This document shows positions 14,268-29,468 of a DNA stretch of 64,000 nucleotides, one piece after another. The number at the start of each line of letters is the position of its first letter. Position 1 is the stretch's first letter. Source of the stretch: the human T2T-CHM13v2.0 reference genome, Homo sapiens; NCBI RefSeq assembly GCF_009914755.1, contig NC_060935.1; one strand, given 5' to 3'. The position numbers and the translations under genes are program-made. The notes under the pieces are model-generated. The model was not told the origin of the DNA. It saw only the letters and a program-made list of their open reading frames with translations, and ran no database searches.

Positions 14268-14879
14268 CGGACACAGTATCATCTAAGGTACAGCCAACAG
14301 CAGCAGCTGCCGTCACATTGTTTCTGAGGAAATCAAGTCCACCTGCACTGTCTGCAGCCCTGGTTGCTAAGGGCACCAGCAGCAGCCCTTTGGCCGTGGC
14401 CTCAGGACCAGCTAAGAGCAGTTCGATGACTACTCTTGCTAAAAATGTCACAAACAAGGCCGCATCTGGCCCAAAGAGGACACCAGGGGCAGTCCATACA
14501 GCCTTCCCATTCACACCAACCTACATGTATGCAAGAACAGGACATACCACGAGCACACATACAGCCATGCAAGGAAACATGGACACTGCCTCTGGCCTGT
14601 TGTCTACAACTTACCTCCCCAGGAAACCACAAGCCATGCACACCGGCCTCCCAAACCCCACCAACCTGGAGATGCCCAGAGCATCCACGCCACGCCCACT
14701 GACAGTCACGGCCGCGCTGACATCCATTACAGCCTCAGTGAAGGCCACCCGGTTGCCACCATTGCGAGCAGAAAACACAGATGCTGTCCTTCCTGCTGCA
14801 TCGGCTGCAGTGGTCACGACTGGCAAAATGGCATCCAACCTGGAGTGTCAGATGTCCAGTAAGCTCCTGGTGAAGACAG
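14268..14879 (+). CDS. KIAA1549L: KIAA1549L exon (612 nt, phase 1-1), Thr/Ala-rich, ADTVSSKVQ...SKLLVKT
   Basis: Polypyrimidine tract + tttacAG|CG; donor ACAG|GTATGA; frame continuous with neighbouring exons. Confidence 0.95.
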
Positions 14880-14953
14880 GTATGAGACCACTGTTCTGAT
14901 CTGAAAGCAGCAAGCCTGGCCTCAGAGATGTAACCATAATGTTTATTTTAGAT

Positions 14954-15177
14954 CAGTGGTCCTCAACCAGGGGACATTTTTCCACCCTCCCCCAGGGACA
15001 TTTGGCTATGTCTGGAGACATTTTTGGTTGTTATGCTTGATGGCTGGAGATACTACTAAAATCTGGTGGGATAGAGACTGGGGATACTGCTCAACATCTT
15101 ACAATGCACAGAACAGCCCCAACAACAAAGATTTATCCAGCCTAAAACATCCATAGGGCCAAAGTTGAGAAACCATG
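14954..15177. mobile_element. MER20 (hAT-Charlie) DNA transposon
   Basis: cagtggtcctcaacc...gttgagaaaccatg termini; internal cccagggacatttggctatgtctggagacatttttggttg. Confidence 0.85.
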
Positions 15178-16214
15178 AGCTTTAGCAAGTGTTAGAGGAG
15201 AGAGGGCCTGATGTGGCATGGATTCTAGTCCTAGGATCAGTCCTGATATCAGAAGTCCCAGGAAACCATGGTTCTGCCAGTGGGTCTAAGAATGCAAAGG
15301 TACCATTTTGCATCAATGATGTCTCACATGAATGAATGATGTGGTTTGTAAGATACAACATCTTGGGAAGTGCTACAGAGTTCAGAAAGGCTTTTGTCAT
15401 GCATTTTTTCAATTAGCTGATAGCAAAAGCACAGCTTCTGCACACTATGTGGGAGCCCAGGATTTCTTTTGATGTTAGAAAGACTTTCTTGAAAAAGTGG
15501 GATGGGCAGCACCAGAATTGTGAGCAAGGATGGAATGCTGTCTTTTAAGCCCCCATTCCCCAGCTGTAGCAAAGCAGGCCTAGAATGCATGGAGAGCTTT
15601 TAATAGTGTGGCAATGTTTGCTATAAAAAAAATTAGACAAATTATTTGAAAGAGCATGCCAATGTTGAATGCTCACATCCTGCCTTCCTCCTCACCCCAC
15701 AAAGAATTAAATGAAATCATATCTTGAGACATATCCTATTCTAAAATGGGAAATTATGAAATTAGGCATAACAAAAATTACAGTATCTCTCTCTGTTTCT
15801 CAAGAAATTATACCATCTGGGTTTCCACTCTCTGTCCCTGCTCCATTCCACTCTCCTCTGGGTGGCAGGCAGCCCTGGCCCCTCAGAGGCAGAAGTTGGA
15901 AACATTCTCTTCTCTGTCTTCTTCCCAGCCCCCCCACCAACCCAGCTACATCTAATCAATCACCAGTTCCTTTCACTTCTACCTCCTGGATACCCCTTCT
16001 CTCCATCCTATTTCACACTGCCACTTCCCTAGTTCACACTGTCATCATCACTCACCTAAATTTCTGTAACAACAGCCACATTTATCTCTCTGCCTTCAGA
16101 GTCCCACCTCTTCAATCTGTTCTCCAGTCTGTAGTCAAGAACCTTCTAAAATGCATTCCTTTGCTTAAAACTCATTTCCCATTGCCCTTAGGACCAAGCT
16201 TAAACTTGTATATA

Positions 16215-16563
16215 CAGTAGTCCCCTCTTATCTGCAGGGGATCTATTCCGAGACCCCCAGTAGATGCCTGAAACTGCAGGTAGTACCAACCCCTATGTCA
16301 ACTATGAATTGTCCTACTCATGCATACCTATGATAAAGCTTAATTTATAAGTTAGGTGCAGTCAAGGTCAACAACAACCAGTAATAAAATAGAACAAGTA
16401 TAACAATAGACTGTAATAAAAGTGATGTGAATGTGGTCTTTCTTTCCCTCTCTTTGACTCTCTCAAAATATCTTATTGTACCATACTCACCTATTTTCAG
16501 ACTGTGGTTGACTGCAGTAAATAAAACCATGGAAAGAACACTGTGGCTAAGAGGGAACTGCTG
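16215..16563. mobile_element. MER44-like (TcMar-Tigger) non-autonomous DNA transposon
   Basis: TIRs cagtagtcccctcttatc / gctaagagggaactgctg, TA flanks. Confidence 0.85.
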
Positions 16564-17264
16564 TATACTGAAATATTTTGCTTCTTTCCCCTGCGCCTTT
16601 GCGCTTGGTACTCCCTCTGCTGAGAGTGGGTGAGGGCAATCTCTTCCTCCTTGTCAGATTTCACTCTTGTGATCCTTCAGAACTTAGCTGAAGCATCAGT
16701 TCCTATGGAAATTTTCCCTGATCCCCATCCCTTTACCAAACTCAGGGCTGGGTGCTCCTCCTAGGAGCTCTGGCAGCGTCCTAGGCTTCCCTTCAAACAA
16801 TACCTGTCACATTCAATCCCAAATACCTGTTCTCTGTCCTTTGTCTCCATCCCACTTGCGAGGTGGGGATGGCACCTTCCTGATCCAGGGTTGTTTGAGG
16901 CCGCAGCACCGAGCTCAGGGCCTGCACCTAAGGAGGCTGTCCATGAATGTTGTTGCAGGAATCTCATCGCATGCACTGTCGAGCCGGCTTTCAAAGTCAG
17001 AGGCAGCATCTGTCAGAAATGAAACGCCACCAGCATACCAGCTCTCTCTCTACTCGGGTCACACAAATGGCTAGGGCCTTCTTTCCTTAGGACTTTAGCG
17101 GGACCCACAGAGCTACCACCCCAGCGCACCCCCTCAATGATGGCCCTGTGCTTACCGGCTCTGCCCAGAACTTGCAGAAGGTGGTGGTTGGGAGGAGCAG
17201 AGGGCAAGTGAATGATGAGGTTTGTCGCCTTGCCTGATTGCCATGCTTCTATTTTACCCCACAG

Positions 17265-17380
17265 TTCTCTTTCTCACCCAAAGGAGAGTGCAGATCAGTG
17301 AATCCTTGAAGTTCAGTATCGCCAAAGGGCTCACACAGGCATTGCGGAAGGCTTTCCACCAGAACGATGTCTCAGCTCAC
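17265..17380 (+). CDS. KIAA1549L: KIAA1549L exon (116 nt, phase 1-0), VLFLTQRRVQ...NDVSAH
   Basis: ccccacAG acceptor; CAC|GTAAGT donor; frame continuity. Confidence 0.95.
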
Positions 17381-17619
17381 GTAAGTGCTTTGCTTTGTAA
17401 CCAAGCTAATCCATCACAGTCTGGCTCTTGGGTCTAGAATATGTTTAGATTGTTTTCCTCCTTTCTAGGGATCATAACAACACTGGCCAGAAGTAGAATC
17501 TGTCTTCACTTTGGCAACTAGCTAATGTGTAGTGGCTTGAGAAAAAGGTCAAATTTTGAGATGGAAAATGGAGACTAATTGCTTTATGTCTAGATTTATT
17601 TTTAAAGATTGGATATATT

Positions 17620-17956
<337 letters not shown>

Positions 17957-19212
17957 TTATCCCATCGTTTGGGGAAAGTATTTACATTGTTCATGTAATT
18001 TTCTAGAAAACTCTCCATTGCTTTTCCCCTTATTTTCATCACTATTGTAAACAGTGATTTATTTCTGGACATTTAAAAATTACCCTGACTTGTAAATCGA
18101 GTCCGACTTTGCTTAAATTGCCCACTGCAGACAGGGAAGTAACATTTTTTCTTTTAATGCCAAGTACTGTTTAATGAGTGCTGGCTGATTTTGATGTCTT
18201 ATCCAAGAGATGGAAGCTTCACTTTACATCTTTGGGTTTGATTCCAAGTTTTCAAACAGTAAATGCAGTTGGCAGTCAGTAGACTCCCATTTGCACCACT
18301 AAAAACTATTGCTGTGGCTTCTTCTTTTGATGTTCTGTCCTACAGCTGCAGTCAGCTTACTGACCCCCTCCCTCCCATCAACACCAAGGACTAGAAAGGA
18401 GATTCGGCACATACTTTATTGATCATTGTCGATCTCTTTTATATATTTCTAAAAAAGAAGAAAAAAGAAATGCATTATATGAGAGGCTTTTATGATTTCT
18501 GCACCAGAAACTTTATGGGAAGTTGAAAATGTGAATATTTCCATTTAATTGCCTGATACAATTTTCACTAATCTTCAAACATTCTCAAACTGCTTTTACA
18601 GTTTTGGTCTTTGCTGCATATCTTTACAGACCAGTGTGACAATGAGTATTTTTTTTTTTATGGATTCTGTTTTAAAAACTTAAGCACATTTTTTTGAAAG
18701 GGCATTTGATATTACCACCATAAATGGAAATCAAAATCATTTGCCACAAATAAAAGGTGATGGTAAGAATGAGAATAATGGAAACCAAACAGCTTGTTAA
18801 ATTCAGGCTAGAGGTTGTTGCTTGCAGAAGGCTCTAAGGCTGAGCCTGGTATCCCTTTGTTTGTTTGTTTATTTAAAAAAGGAATTAGCAAGGGTTAGAG
18901 AGATGTTAAAAGCAAATATTCACTAAACTGAGACTTATTCCTTGGGGTCATTAGAAGGGTTGAAAGGGAACAACTTTCTCACTGAGTGATTTAGTTGATT
19001 TAGTGTTGTCTTGTGCTGTGTCCACGTTCCATGCTGAAATACCTCTTGTTCCACCTAAAATCATCTTGAGCACCATCTTCATGAAAAACTGACCGGGAGC
19101 ACACAATGTGGAGGAAGCAAAGGCACACCCATCCTGTTGCAAAATCAGTTGTCTTGCTTCCTTTGGAAAATACACATGGAGATGCAAGAATATGGGGAGA
19201 AAGCAGGTGTCA

Positions 19213-19560
<348 letters not shown>

Positions 19561-20539
19561 ATGAAACCCTGAGTTCCAGTTTTACAAGATGAAAAGAGTT
19601 CTGGAAATGGATAGTAGTGATAGCTGTACACCATTATGAATGTGTTTAATAGCACTGAACAGCACACTAAAAAATAGTTAAGATGGTAGATTGTATATTG
19701 TGTGTTTTTTACCACAATAAAAACTTGGAAAAAAAGGAGCTGCATACATATACGTATGTGTATATATGTTACTCTTTTCTCTGTTTTTCAAATATACAGA
19801 TTCTGTAATAAACATTATATTTAATATATAAAAACCAAAACAAATTAAAAAAAAACCCTGAACTGTAAATATGTAACACCAAGAAAGAAAAAAAGAAAAA
19901 ATAAGAATAAAATCTAAAGCCTGAAAATCTTGCAGTTGAGACAGAAAGAGCTCAGACCATCAGTGTCCCCTAGGATTCAGCTGTCAGAGAAATTCTCTGG
20001 TGCATCCTGCCTTGGTCTTGAACCAATTTACAAGCCAAGGACAGAGTCTGAACAAGTCTTCTCTCTGCTTCTAGAAAGAGGAATTCACTTTACTTACTCC
20101 TTGACCGGTGCCCCCAAGGTTCCCCCACTTAATCTATCATTTCTACCTTTTAATTCTCATAAATGATGAGAAATATAAGAAAGTGATTTTCCCCAGCATT
20201 TCATTCACTGAAAATCTCTTTGAACTACTCTCTCCTCCCTACCTTTTTGGTAATAATAATTGATGGTCACAGGATTATACTGAGGCACTTAATAAAAAAG
20301 ATACAGATTTAATTCTATACCATGAAGGTTTGATGTAAATTATATTTTGTTGTTTTTGTGATATTTTGAGACTTGCCAATCCAAACTATGCTTTATAGAA
20401 TTGTTAAGAATATTTGTTGAACGAGAACATTCTATTCTCCAGTCTTGTTTCTAACAGCCGTGGTTCTAAGAAATACCAGGAAGAACTTAAAGTGCTGTGG
20501 AAATAAACAATGGGTTTTGTGGGTCCATTTGTTTTGTAG

Positions 20540-20759
20540 GTGGACATTCTGGAATATTCTCATAATGTCACAGTTGGTTATTATGCTACCAAAGGGAAGT
20601 TGGTGTATTTGCCTGCTGTGGTGATCGAAATGCTGGGTGTGTATGGAGTCAGCAACGTCACTGCAGACCTGAAGCAACACACCCCACACTTACAGTCTGT
20701 GGCAGTACTTGCCTCCCCATGGAATCCCCAGCCTGCAGGCTACTTCCAGCTAAAAACAG
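20540..20759 (+). CDS. KIAA1549L: KIAA1549L exon (220 nt, phase 0-1), VDILEYSHNVT...YFQLKT; GC donor
   Basis: ttttgtAG acceptor; ACAG|GCAAGT donor keeps frame with next exon. Confidence 0.92.
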
Positions 20760-21607
20760 GCAAGTGACTCGGAAGGAAGGGATTTTCATCCATTCTTGGG
20801 TTCAGGGCCAGTACCAAGTGGACACCTGTTTAAAAGCTCCATTGCTAGCTGCTGTGTCATTTTTTAGTCCCTGTGAACCTTCTTCAAAGGGTCCTGCTAA
20901 TCAAATGTCCCAGTTCCTTGCACATCAGCCTAAACTCTTCCAACCCTAGATTTGTTAGAAATGTTCTATCATAGGAGCCTTCCTTCCCAATTTACAAACT
21001 TAGTACTTTTGAGCTCCAGGTACTATATTTTATATTTCTTTCTATATTATCAGTGGGTACTAATAATAGTTGAACATGCAAAAAAAAAAAATCTGTGGTT
21101 TGGAGTAATGGATTCCAGATGCCACTGAATGAGAATCTCTGAGTTTAGGTCTTCGAATATATTTTTTTCAAACTCTCTGGTGATTTCGGGTCTGCAAAGT
21201 TTGTAACCTACAAGAGTGGAGGAACTCTTAAAATCGAAACACTCAATCAACTTAGCAATGGAGGTCAATGATTTTCTTCCCTCCAAAGAAATAGAAGGCA
21301 TGATCTCTCTTAGATTGTGATTTGTCAGTCTTTGAGCAGATGTCTACATATTCCAATCAAATAAAATCATAAAATCTTTTGCATTGGAGGGAATCTCTGG
21401 TTCGATCGTGCTTTTAATTCTTCTGTGTTATATAATTCATCTTAGGAGCCACTTTCAAAACTACAAGCAAACCTTGTCTGGCCTTATTATTTATTTGCCT
21501 AATTCCTCTCATCTAAAATCGTGCTGTTTTATATTATGACCACTGTTAAATCCAAGGAACTGAGACATGGAGCTTTAGTGAGCACTGATTGACTTCTCTC
21601 ATTCTAG

Positions 21608-21741
21608 TGCTGCAGTTTGTGAGCCAAGCGGACAACATACAGTCCTGCAAGTTTGCTCAGACAATGGAACAGAGGCTGCAGAAGGCATTCCAGGATGCCG
21701 AGAGGAAAGTCCTGAATACCAAAAGCAACTTGACAATTCAG
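21608..21741 (+). CDS. KIAA1549L: KIAA1549L exon (134 nt, phase 1-0), VLQFVSQADN...KSNLTIQ
   Basis: cttctctcattctAG acceptor; CAG|GTAGGG donor. Confidence 0.95.
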
Positions 21742-22152
21742 GTAGGGAGGAAGGTGCTTCAGGCTGTGTAGTTGACAGACAACCACAATGCAGAGTCTGG
21801 CAAGAAATGACTTGGGTCTTCCCTTTCAGAGCTACCATGTATAAATGTAACTTTGTACTTCAGACATTGGTGAGGATGTCTGGGGTATGGCCATGACAGG
21901 AGGGATGCTGTGTCACTGTGCACCTATTGTGGTTTGGGGTTTTATATTTCTTTCCCCATGGGATGCTTTCTGAGGCCTTTCTAATACATTTATTATTTTG
22001 AAAAGTTGAACTAGGCTGTACTGTATATGTCAAATTTCTAATATAAGATGAATAAATGAATCAATTCTAAGTAGCTAAGTCACCAAGATTTGCCCGTTCT
22101 GTGATTTTATGCATTGGCTTATATTCCAGTTGCCTTAGTTTAGACACATGCC

Positions 22153-22153
<1 letters not shown>

Positions 22154-22200
<47 letters not shown>
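22154..22200 (+). repeat. (CA)n microsatellite, ~23 units
   Basis: Direct reading. Confidence 0.98.
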
Positions 22201-22202
<2 letters not shown>

Positions 22203-22664
22203 CGTTTTATATTGAAGTCTTTACTATGTGCCAGGAACTGTGCTAAGTGTTTTACAAATATTTTCCTACCTAATACTTAAGACATCCTTCTGAGGTATTC
22301 TTACTCCCATTTCACAGAAGAGAGAACTGAGAGGCTAAGAAACTTCCAGAAGGTCACACGGTAAAGAATGGAAGAAGGACCTGAGTCAATCCACTACACC
22401 ATACTCACGTCAATGCAGTGTAGAAATGGGGTCCTTAATGAAGCCTGTGTCAAACAACAGAATTCTTTCCCAGGGAAAATCCCTGGGAAATGAATCATGG
22501 CATGAGTGAGGAGGAAGTAAGAGATGAGGTTAGAAGCTACAGGAGTCTTAAGAGTTAAAGGGTGATGGGAAAGCGTCCCCTGTAGGGGCTGCTTTTATTG
22601 GGGGACAGGATTTTAGATGCTCTAAACAGCCCTTTTAAACATTTAAACAGCCCTTTTAAAAATT

Positions 22665-22800
22665 TTTTAATTATTTGTAGAGATGGAGTCTCCATATATT
22701 GCCTAAGCTGGTCTCTAACTCCTGGGCTCAAGCAATTCTCCCTTCGCGGCCTCCCGAAGTGCTGGGATTACAGGCATGAACCACCACACCTGGTGCGCTG
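22665..22800 (-). mobile_element. Alu monomer (FLAM-like)
   Basis: Single reverse monomer. Confidence 0.8.
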
Positions 22801-24619
22801 TATTTTTTTTTTTTTTGCAACTACGTAGATATCATCCCACTAAAGACAGATGCTTCTTAATGATACTCATCTAGCCCCCAATTAACTCTTCTTTTCAATG
22901 TCTCTGTTTTGACTACTGAACTATAAAGCCTTTGTAATTAGACCCAGTGGTTTTAAAATGGACATTTAGCGTAAGTGAATTATCAGCAAAGCCAATATGA
23001 TGTAGAAAGCATACAATTTAACTTGAGTGAGCAGCTTTCCTGTTCTAGATTCATCCAAAGTGTAGATGGAAGTATCTCATTATGATTTGGTTCATGTTAG
23101 ACGAAGATCTAAAAATGTGTCACAGACTGAAGATTTATGTAAGGAGTGTGACTCAGCTCTCTTGTGGGAACTCTTTTTCTTTCTGATTGGATTTGTGATC
23201 CTCACAGGTGCATGAGCCTAGTTAGATCTTGGCAGCACAGCATACTTTAATTGTATTCAGGAAGCACAGACTTATTGAGTATCTGCTATTTATCAGGCAC
23301 TGGGAAGGACACCAAGATAAGCTGCCCTTGGCCTTAAGAAGCCTCCTTGTGTTGTTGTATGGTAGTTGTGGGCCATTAGAGGAAACTTTATAAATCAAGT
23401 AACAAACCTTCCTTGGAAAAGATGATAGGAGGTGATTCGAAGATTACATCTAAATAGATTTTAGATGCTCTTGAACATTTAAACGGCTCTTGAAATGAAT
23501 GGATAATTGGATGAATTGTTTTTTATTAACCCTGTTTCCATTTTTGCCTCGGCTGACAGGAATCCCAGAGCCAAATTTGTTGCCTGGATTTAGTAACCCT
23601 CAGGGCCCCTATATTATGCATGGTAACTTCATGCTGACATTCCCTTGGGGCTGTCTTTCACCAGGGCCTGTTTTTGTAATTAATAACTTTTCCTTTTATT
23701 GGATAATATATAATTTGTAAGACACCTTGAATCCTTTGTAGAATAAGACCATGTAAATATTTAATTAATTTGCTCAGATAGTCATTGAAAAATCGACTTA
23801 ACAACTTGTATAGGTTTGGTATTAGGGACTAGATTACAGTGGACTCAATTAGGACGTGTTTGGTTGCCAGGGACAGAATCTAAGCTGATGAAGCTTAAGC
23901 AAAAAGAGGAAGTGATTGGCTCATGTAACTGAAAGGTTCACATTTATTCCGACACAGTTGTATCCAGGTGATTATTTGATTTCATCAAGCTCTCTCTTCC
24001 TGTCTTCGTTGGCTTTGCTCTGCACGGGCATTGTCCGTGGCTCCCATGGGGTGGCCGCTCACAACCCCAGGTTTGTCTCATCCTTGTTGCTCACAGTCTT
24101 GTGGAACCAAAGTGCCTTTCCTGGTGTCATTCCAGTAAAATGCCTGGGATTAGCTCTCATTGAACCTACTGTGCCCTTTCTGGGCCAAGGAGGTTAAATG
24201 TCCCAATGAACTAGGCCTGACTACTCCTGAAACTTGGGTGGGGCAGCCCCATCCAGAACACATGAGCAAAGAGGAGAAATGGTTCCCTGAGGAAAATTGT
24301 GATGCTATCAAGAAGGGAGGATGGATGCTGGGTAGGCAAACAACAGCTTTCTGTTCCATCAGCCTATAGGTCTTCTTAGCTAAATGAATCATGGCATGAG
24401 TGAGGGGTAAGTAAGAGATGAGGTTAGAGGCTACAGGAATCTAAGAGTTAAAGAGTGACAGGAAAGTGTTCCCTGTAGGGACTGCTTCTATTGGGGGACA
24501 GGGCATGAATTTCAGGGATCAGTGCCATGACTTTGAACCCGTAGGCCTCTTATTTTTGGAGCTAGTTTTAAGTATACATCAAGAATGACCTCACTTTTCT
24601 TACCTACAAAAAATTAGTA

Positions 24620-26355
24620 TATTAAAGAAAACAAATAAATGGAAAGACTTCCTGTGCTTATGGATTGGGAGACTTTATATTGATTGTTACTACCCAAAGG
24701 AATCTGAAGATTTAATGTAATTCCTATCAAAATCCCAGTGACTGTTTTTCACAGAAATAGAAAAATTAGCCCTAAAATTCCCATGGAATCTCAAGGAGCT
24801 TTGAGTAGCCAAAGCAATCTTGAAAAGGAAGAACGAAGTTGGAGGTCCCATACTTCCTGATTTCAAAACTTACTACAAAGCTATGGTAATCAAAACAATG
24901 TAGTGCTGGCATAAAGGCAGACATCTAGACAAATGGAATAGAAGAGAGAGCCCAGAAATAAACCCTCTTGTATATGGTCAAATGTTTTTTGACAGAGGTG
25001 CCAAGGCTATTCAATGGGGAAAGGACAGTCTTTTTAACACATTAGGAAAACTGAATATTCACATGTGATCCCAAAAGAATGAAGTTGGATCCTTACTTAA
25101 CACCATCTACCAAAAGTAACTCCAAAGGGATCAAAGATCTAAATGTAATATCTAAAACCGTAGGACTTTTATGGGAAAACATAGGGGAAAAACTTCATGA
25201 CACACAGTATTTGGCAATGATTTGTTGGACATGACACAGGCAAACAAAAGAAAAAGTAGGCAAATTAGACTTCATCAAAATTAAAAACTTCTGTGCATCA
25301 AAAAACACTACCAGCAGAGTGAAAAAGCAATTCATAGAATAAATGAAAAATATTTGCAAATCATATATCTGGTAAGTAGTTAATATTCAGAATATATAGA
25401 GAATATACCTACAACTCAATAATAAAAACAAACAAAAAAATCCAATTAAGAAATGAGCAAAGGACTTGAATAGACATTTCTCCAAAAAAGATATACAGAT
25501 GACTTAAGCACATGACAAGATGCTCTGCATCACTAATCATTAAAGAAATGCAAATCAAAACCATGAGATACCTATTCACATCTATTAGGATGGCTATTCT
25601 CAAAAAATGGAAAATACTAAGTGTTGGTGATAACGTGGAGAAATTGGAACCCTAATGCATTGCTAGTGGGAATGTCAAATAGTGCATCCCCCGTGGAAGG
25701 CAGCATGGTGGTTTCTTAAATAACTAAACATAGAATTACCATATGGTTCAGCACTTTCATTTCTCATTATATACCAAAAAGAATTAAAAGTAGGGACTCA
25801 AACAGGTATTTATACACCCATGTTCATAGTAGCATTATTCACAACAGCCAAAAGGTGGAAGCAACCCATGTGTCCATTAATGAATGAGTGGATAATCAAA
25901 TGGCATATATACATACAATGGAATATTATTCAGCCTTTAAAAATGAAGGAAATAATGGATGATTGGAATGCAGAAAAATTTTAAAAAGGAAATTCTGATG
26001 CATGCTACAACAGGGATGAACCTTGAGGACGTTTTGCTAAGTGAAATAAGCCAGCCACAGAAGGACAAATACTATATGATTTCTCTTATAAAAGATATCT
26101 AGAGTTGTCAAATTAATAAGTGATTCCACTTATAAGAGGTATCTAGAAAGTAGAATGGTGGCTGCCAGGGGTTGTGAGGAGGGAGAAATTGGGAGTTGTT
26201 TAGTGGGTACAGAGTTTCTGTTTGGGATGATAAAGAGGTTCTAAAGATGGATGGTGGTGATGGTTGTACAACAGTGTGAATGCACTTAATGCCACTGAAC
26301 GATACACTTAAAATGGTTAAATTTTATATGTGTGTTTTACCACAATAAAAAAATA
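24620..26355 (+). mobile_element. Old 5'-truncated L1 (L1MB-like): decayed ORF2 3' part and 3' UTR
   Basis: ORF2 motifs (cttcctgatttcaaaacttactacaaagcta, gaaatgcaaatcaaaaccatgagatac) with stops/frameshifts; ends ttttaccacaataaaaaa. Confidence 0.9.
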
Positions 26356-26416
26356 ATTATAACTTAACTGGTCAAGTATAGTATATACAGAGGCACCCAC
26401 ATTGCAAACTTTGTAG

Positions 26417-26770
<354 letters not shown>

Positions 26771-27063
26771 TAAAAATAGAATGTTCACAATAGAGATAAA
26801 GATTGAAAAGTTTTTTTTTTTTTAGTTATTATTTTTTTAGGTGGCCGTATGGTGAAGTTTTTTAAATTGTTCAGAAAGAAATGCCTTTCTTTTTGGTACC
26901 TTGGGAAAGAATATGCTTAGCCACAGGTATTCATGCCTTGGGGAAGAGGCTAAACCACATTCCAAAAATACTTCCATAGAAGAGAGTCAGAGTTGAATGG
27001 ACATACTGATTCAGTTTATTGTTAGTCATGGGAATATAGGCTCTGGATTAAACAATTAAAAAG

Positions 27064-27351
27064 GGACCAGTTATGGTGGCTCACAATTGTAATCCCAGTA
27101 CTTTGGGAGGCTGGGGTGGGTGGATCATTTGAGCCCAGGAATTTGAGACTAGCCTGGGCAACAAAGTGAGATACTGTTTCTACAAAAATGAAATAAATTA
27201 GCTGGGACTGGTGGCGTGTGCCTGTAGTCCCAGCTATCCAGGAGGCTGAGGTGGGAGGATCGCTTAAGCCTAGGAGTTCAAGGGTTCAGTGAGCTACAAT
27301 AAGGTCACTGCACTTCAGTCTGCGGGACAGAGTGAGACCCTGTCTCTAAAT
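27064..27351 (+). mobile_element. Alu (AluJ-like)
   Basis: Dimeric Alu followed by G/GA-rich tract. Confidence 0.92.
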
Positions 27352-28289
27352 AGGAAGGGGCGGGGTAGAGAAAAGGCGGGGGAGAGAGAGAGAGATCGAT
27401 TGATCAATCTTCCACTTATGGGAAAAAGTGGGAAATAAAATGAAGAGCTCTTCCCAATAGTTTCCTGGGTGATGGATTTCCTAAAAACCCTGACTTGATC
27501 ATTACACATTCTATGCGTGTAAGAAAATATCACATGTACTGCCTACATATAGATAAATATTATGTATCATTTTTTAAAGTCTGTAAAAAAATTTTTTTAA
27601 TAGGAAGGTGGCAGAGATGTTAATATGTGAACACCCAAAGGTCTGGGAAAGACAGGGTGTTAGTCAGTGTCCTGACAGGAAAAGGAGGCTGCATTCAAAT
27701 GAAGGTGGCTTTGTAGAAAGAAGAGTGGGCAGGCTCTGGGCAAACCGCAGGAGCAGTACGGTACCCAAGGCTCTAACAGCTGGGACCCGATGGGGTGAGT
27801 GCGGGGTTCGAGGTTCAGCTGCCTGATGGGAGTGAGCTTTGACCCCGTGAGGAGGGAGTCCTCAGCATCAATACTTTGACCTCACCCTCCTCCCTCTCTC
27901 CCATATCCTCCCGAAGGCAGTGGAGCCCACTGGGGTTGTCCACAAGGATCTGCCTCCAGGGGCACCGGACAGGGCAGAGAGGGTGGGTGGCAGGAGGGTC
28001 TGGAGGGAGAAGGGAAGGCACGCAGCACAGAAATTCACAAAAAAAGGCCTCACCAAGTTGAATGACTTCCTACTAACGATGCTTTTCAAATCTCATCTGT
28101 AGGATATTTTTGTTCATACATTGACCCAGAAAGCTTCATTTTCCAGCAACTGAAAAACTAGCTTCGACAAAATGTGAAAAGAAAACCGTGCCATCTCATA
28201 GGATGTTTTACACATTCAATGTTGAATTAATAGACCACAAGGAAATGTAATTGCTCTGTAAAGAACATACTCTATATTTCTGAATTCCT

Positions 28290-28617
<328 letters not shown>

Positions 28618-29209
28618 TAGGTTCTGTTGCTCTGCCCGTGACCAGACTGGTTTTCAGCTCTGTTGGCTCCTGGTCCTTTCAACTTTCAAATTCCCTGAAA
28701 GTTTGACTCAGGCTTTCTCTATCTGAGCAGTTGAGCCCTCCTTCAATGTAACATTCCAATGCTCTATTTTATATTTTCAGAATCACAAAAGTAACCTGAG
28801 ACTATTTAGCCCAGGAAAAGATACACATACCAGTGATTAAGAACCTGGAGTCAAATCACCTGGGTTCAAATCCTGAGTCTGTCCTTTATTAGCTGTGTGA
28901 CCTCGGGTTGGTCCCTTGATCATTCTGGGCCTCGGTTTCCTCATCTGTGAAAGGGCGTCATCACTGGATACATCTCCCAGGGTTGTGGTAAGGAGTAAAT
29001 GAGATGACGTGCCCTTAGCACCCTGCCTGGCACACAGCAAGCAATCAGAAATGATGACGGTTACTCTCGTCTGTTCCTTGCTGTTTCCCTGACCCCCTTT
29101 CATTCCTTCCCTCAACTCCTGCTTAGCCTCCCCCTCCCATGGCCTCCATGAAACACACCCTGGTCTTATTTGGCCTATCTCCCTCCCCTTTTCTCCTGTG
29201 TTGATTCAG

Positions 29210-29372
29210 ATTGTGAGCACATCCAATGCCTCCCAGGCAGTCACCTTGGTGTACGTCGTGGGCAATCAGAGCACATTCCTCAACGGCACCGTCGCCAGCA
29301 GCCTCCTCAGCCAGCTCTCGGCTGAGCTGGTGGGATTCTACCTCACCTATCCGCCGCTAACCATTGCTGAAC
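29210..29372 (+). CDS. KIAA1549L: KIAA1549L exon (163 nt, phase 0-1), IVSTSNASQ...PPLTIAE
   Basis: Pyrimidine tract + ttgattcAG; AAC|GTGAGT donor. Confidence 0.95.
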
Positions 29373-29468
29373 GTGAGTATGGCCATGCCTATGGGGACCC
29401 CAGTGTTTCCCCTGTGGCCTTTCTCCATTTAGCAAACATTTATAGTGCCAGGCCACCTTTATCATAAA

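Noticed and set aside
11324-14838. Overlapping alternative-frame and antisense ORFs (up to 185 aa) in the large exons
   Set aside because: Expected shadows of a long, compositionally biased CDS; no independent support
15711-16220. 169-aa ORF
   Set aside because: Overlaps L2-like sequence; no splice or homology support
29204-29209. Intron ends with ATTCAG, identical to the end of the previous exon
   Set aside because: Six nt including the obligatory CAG; causes only alignment ambiguity
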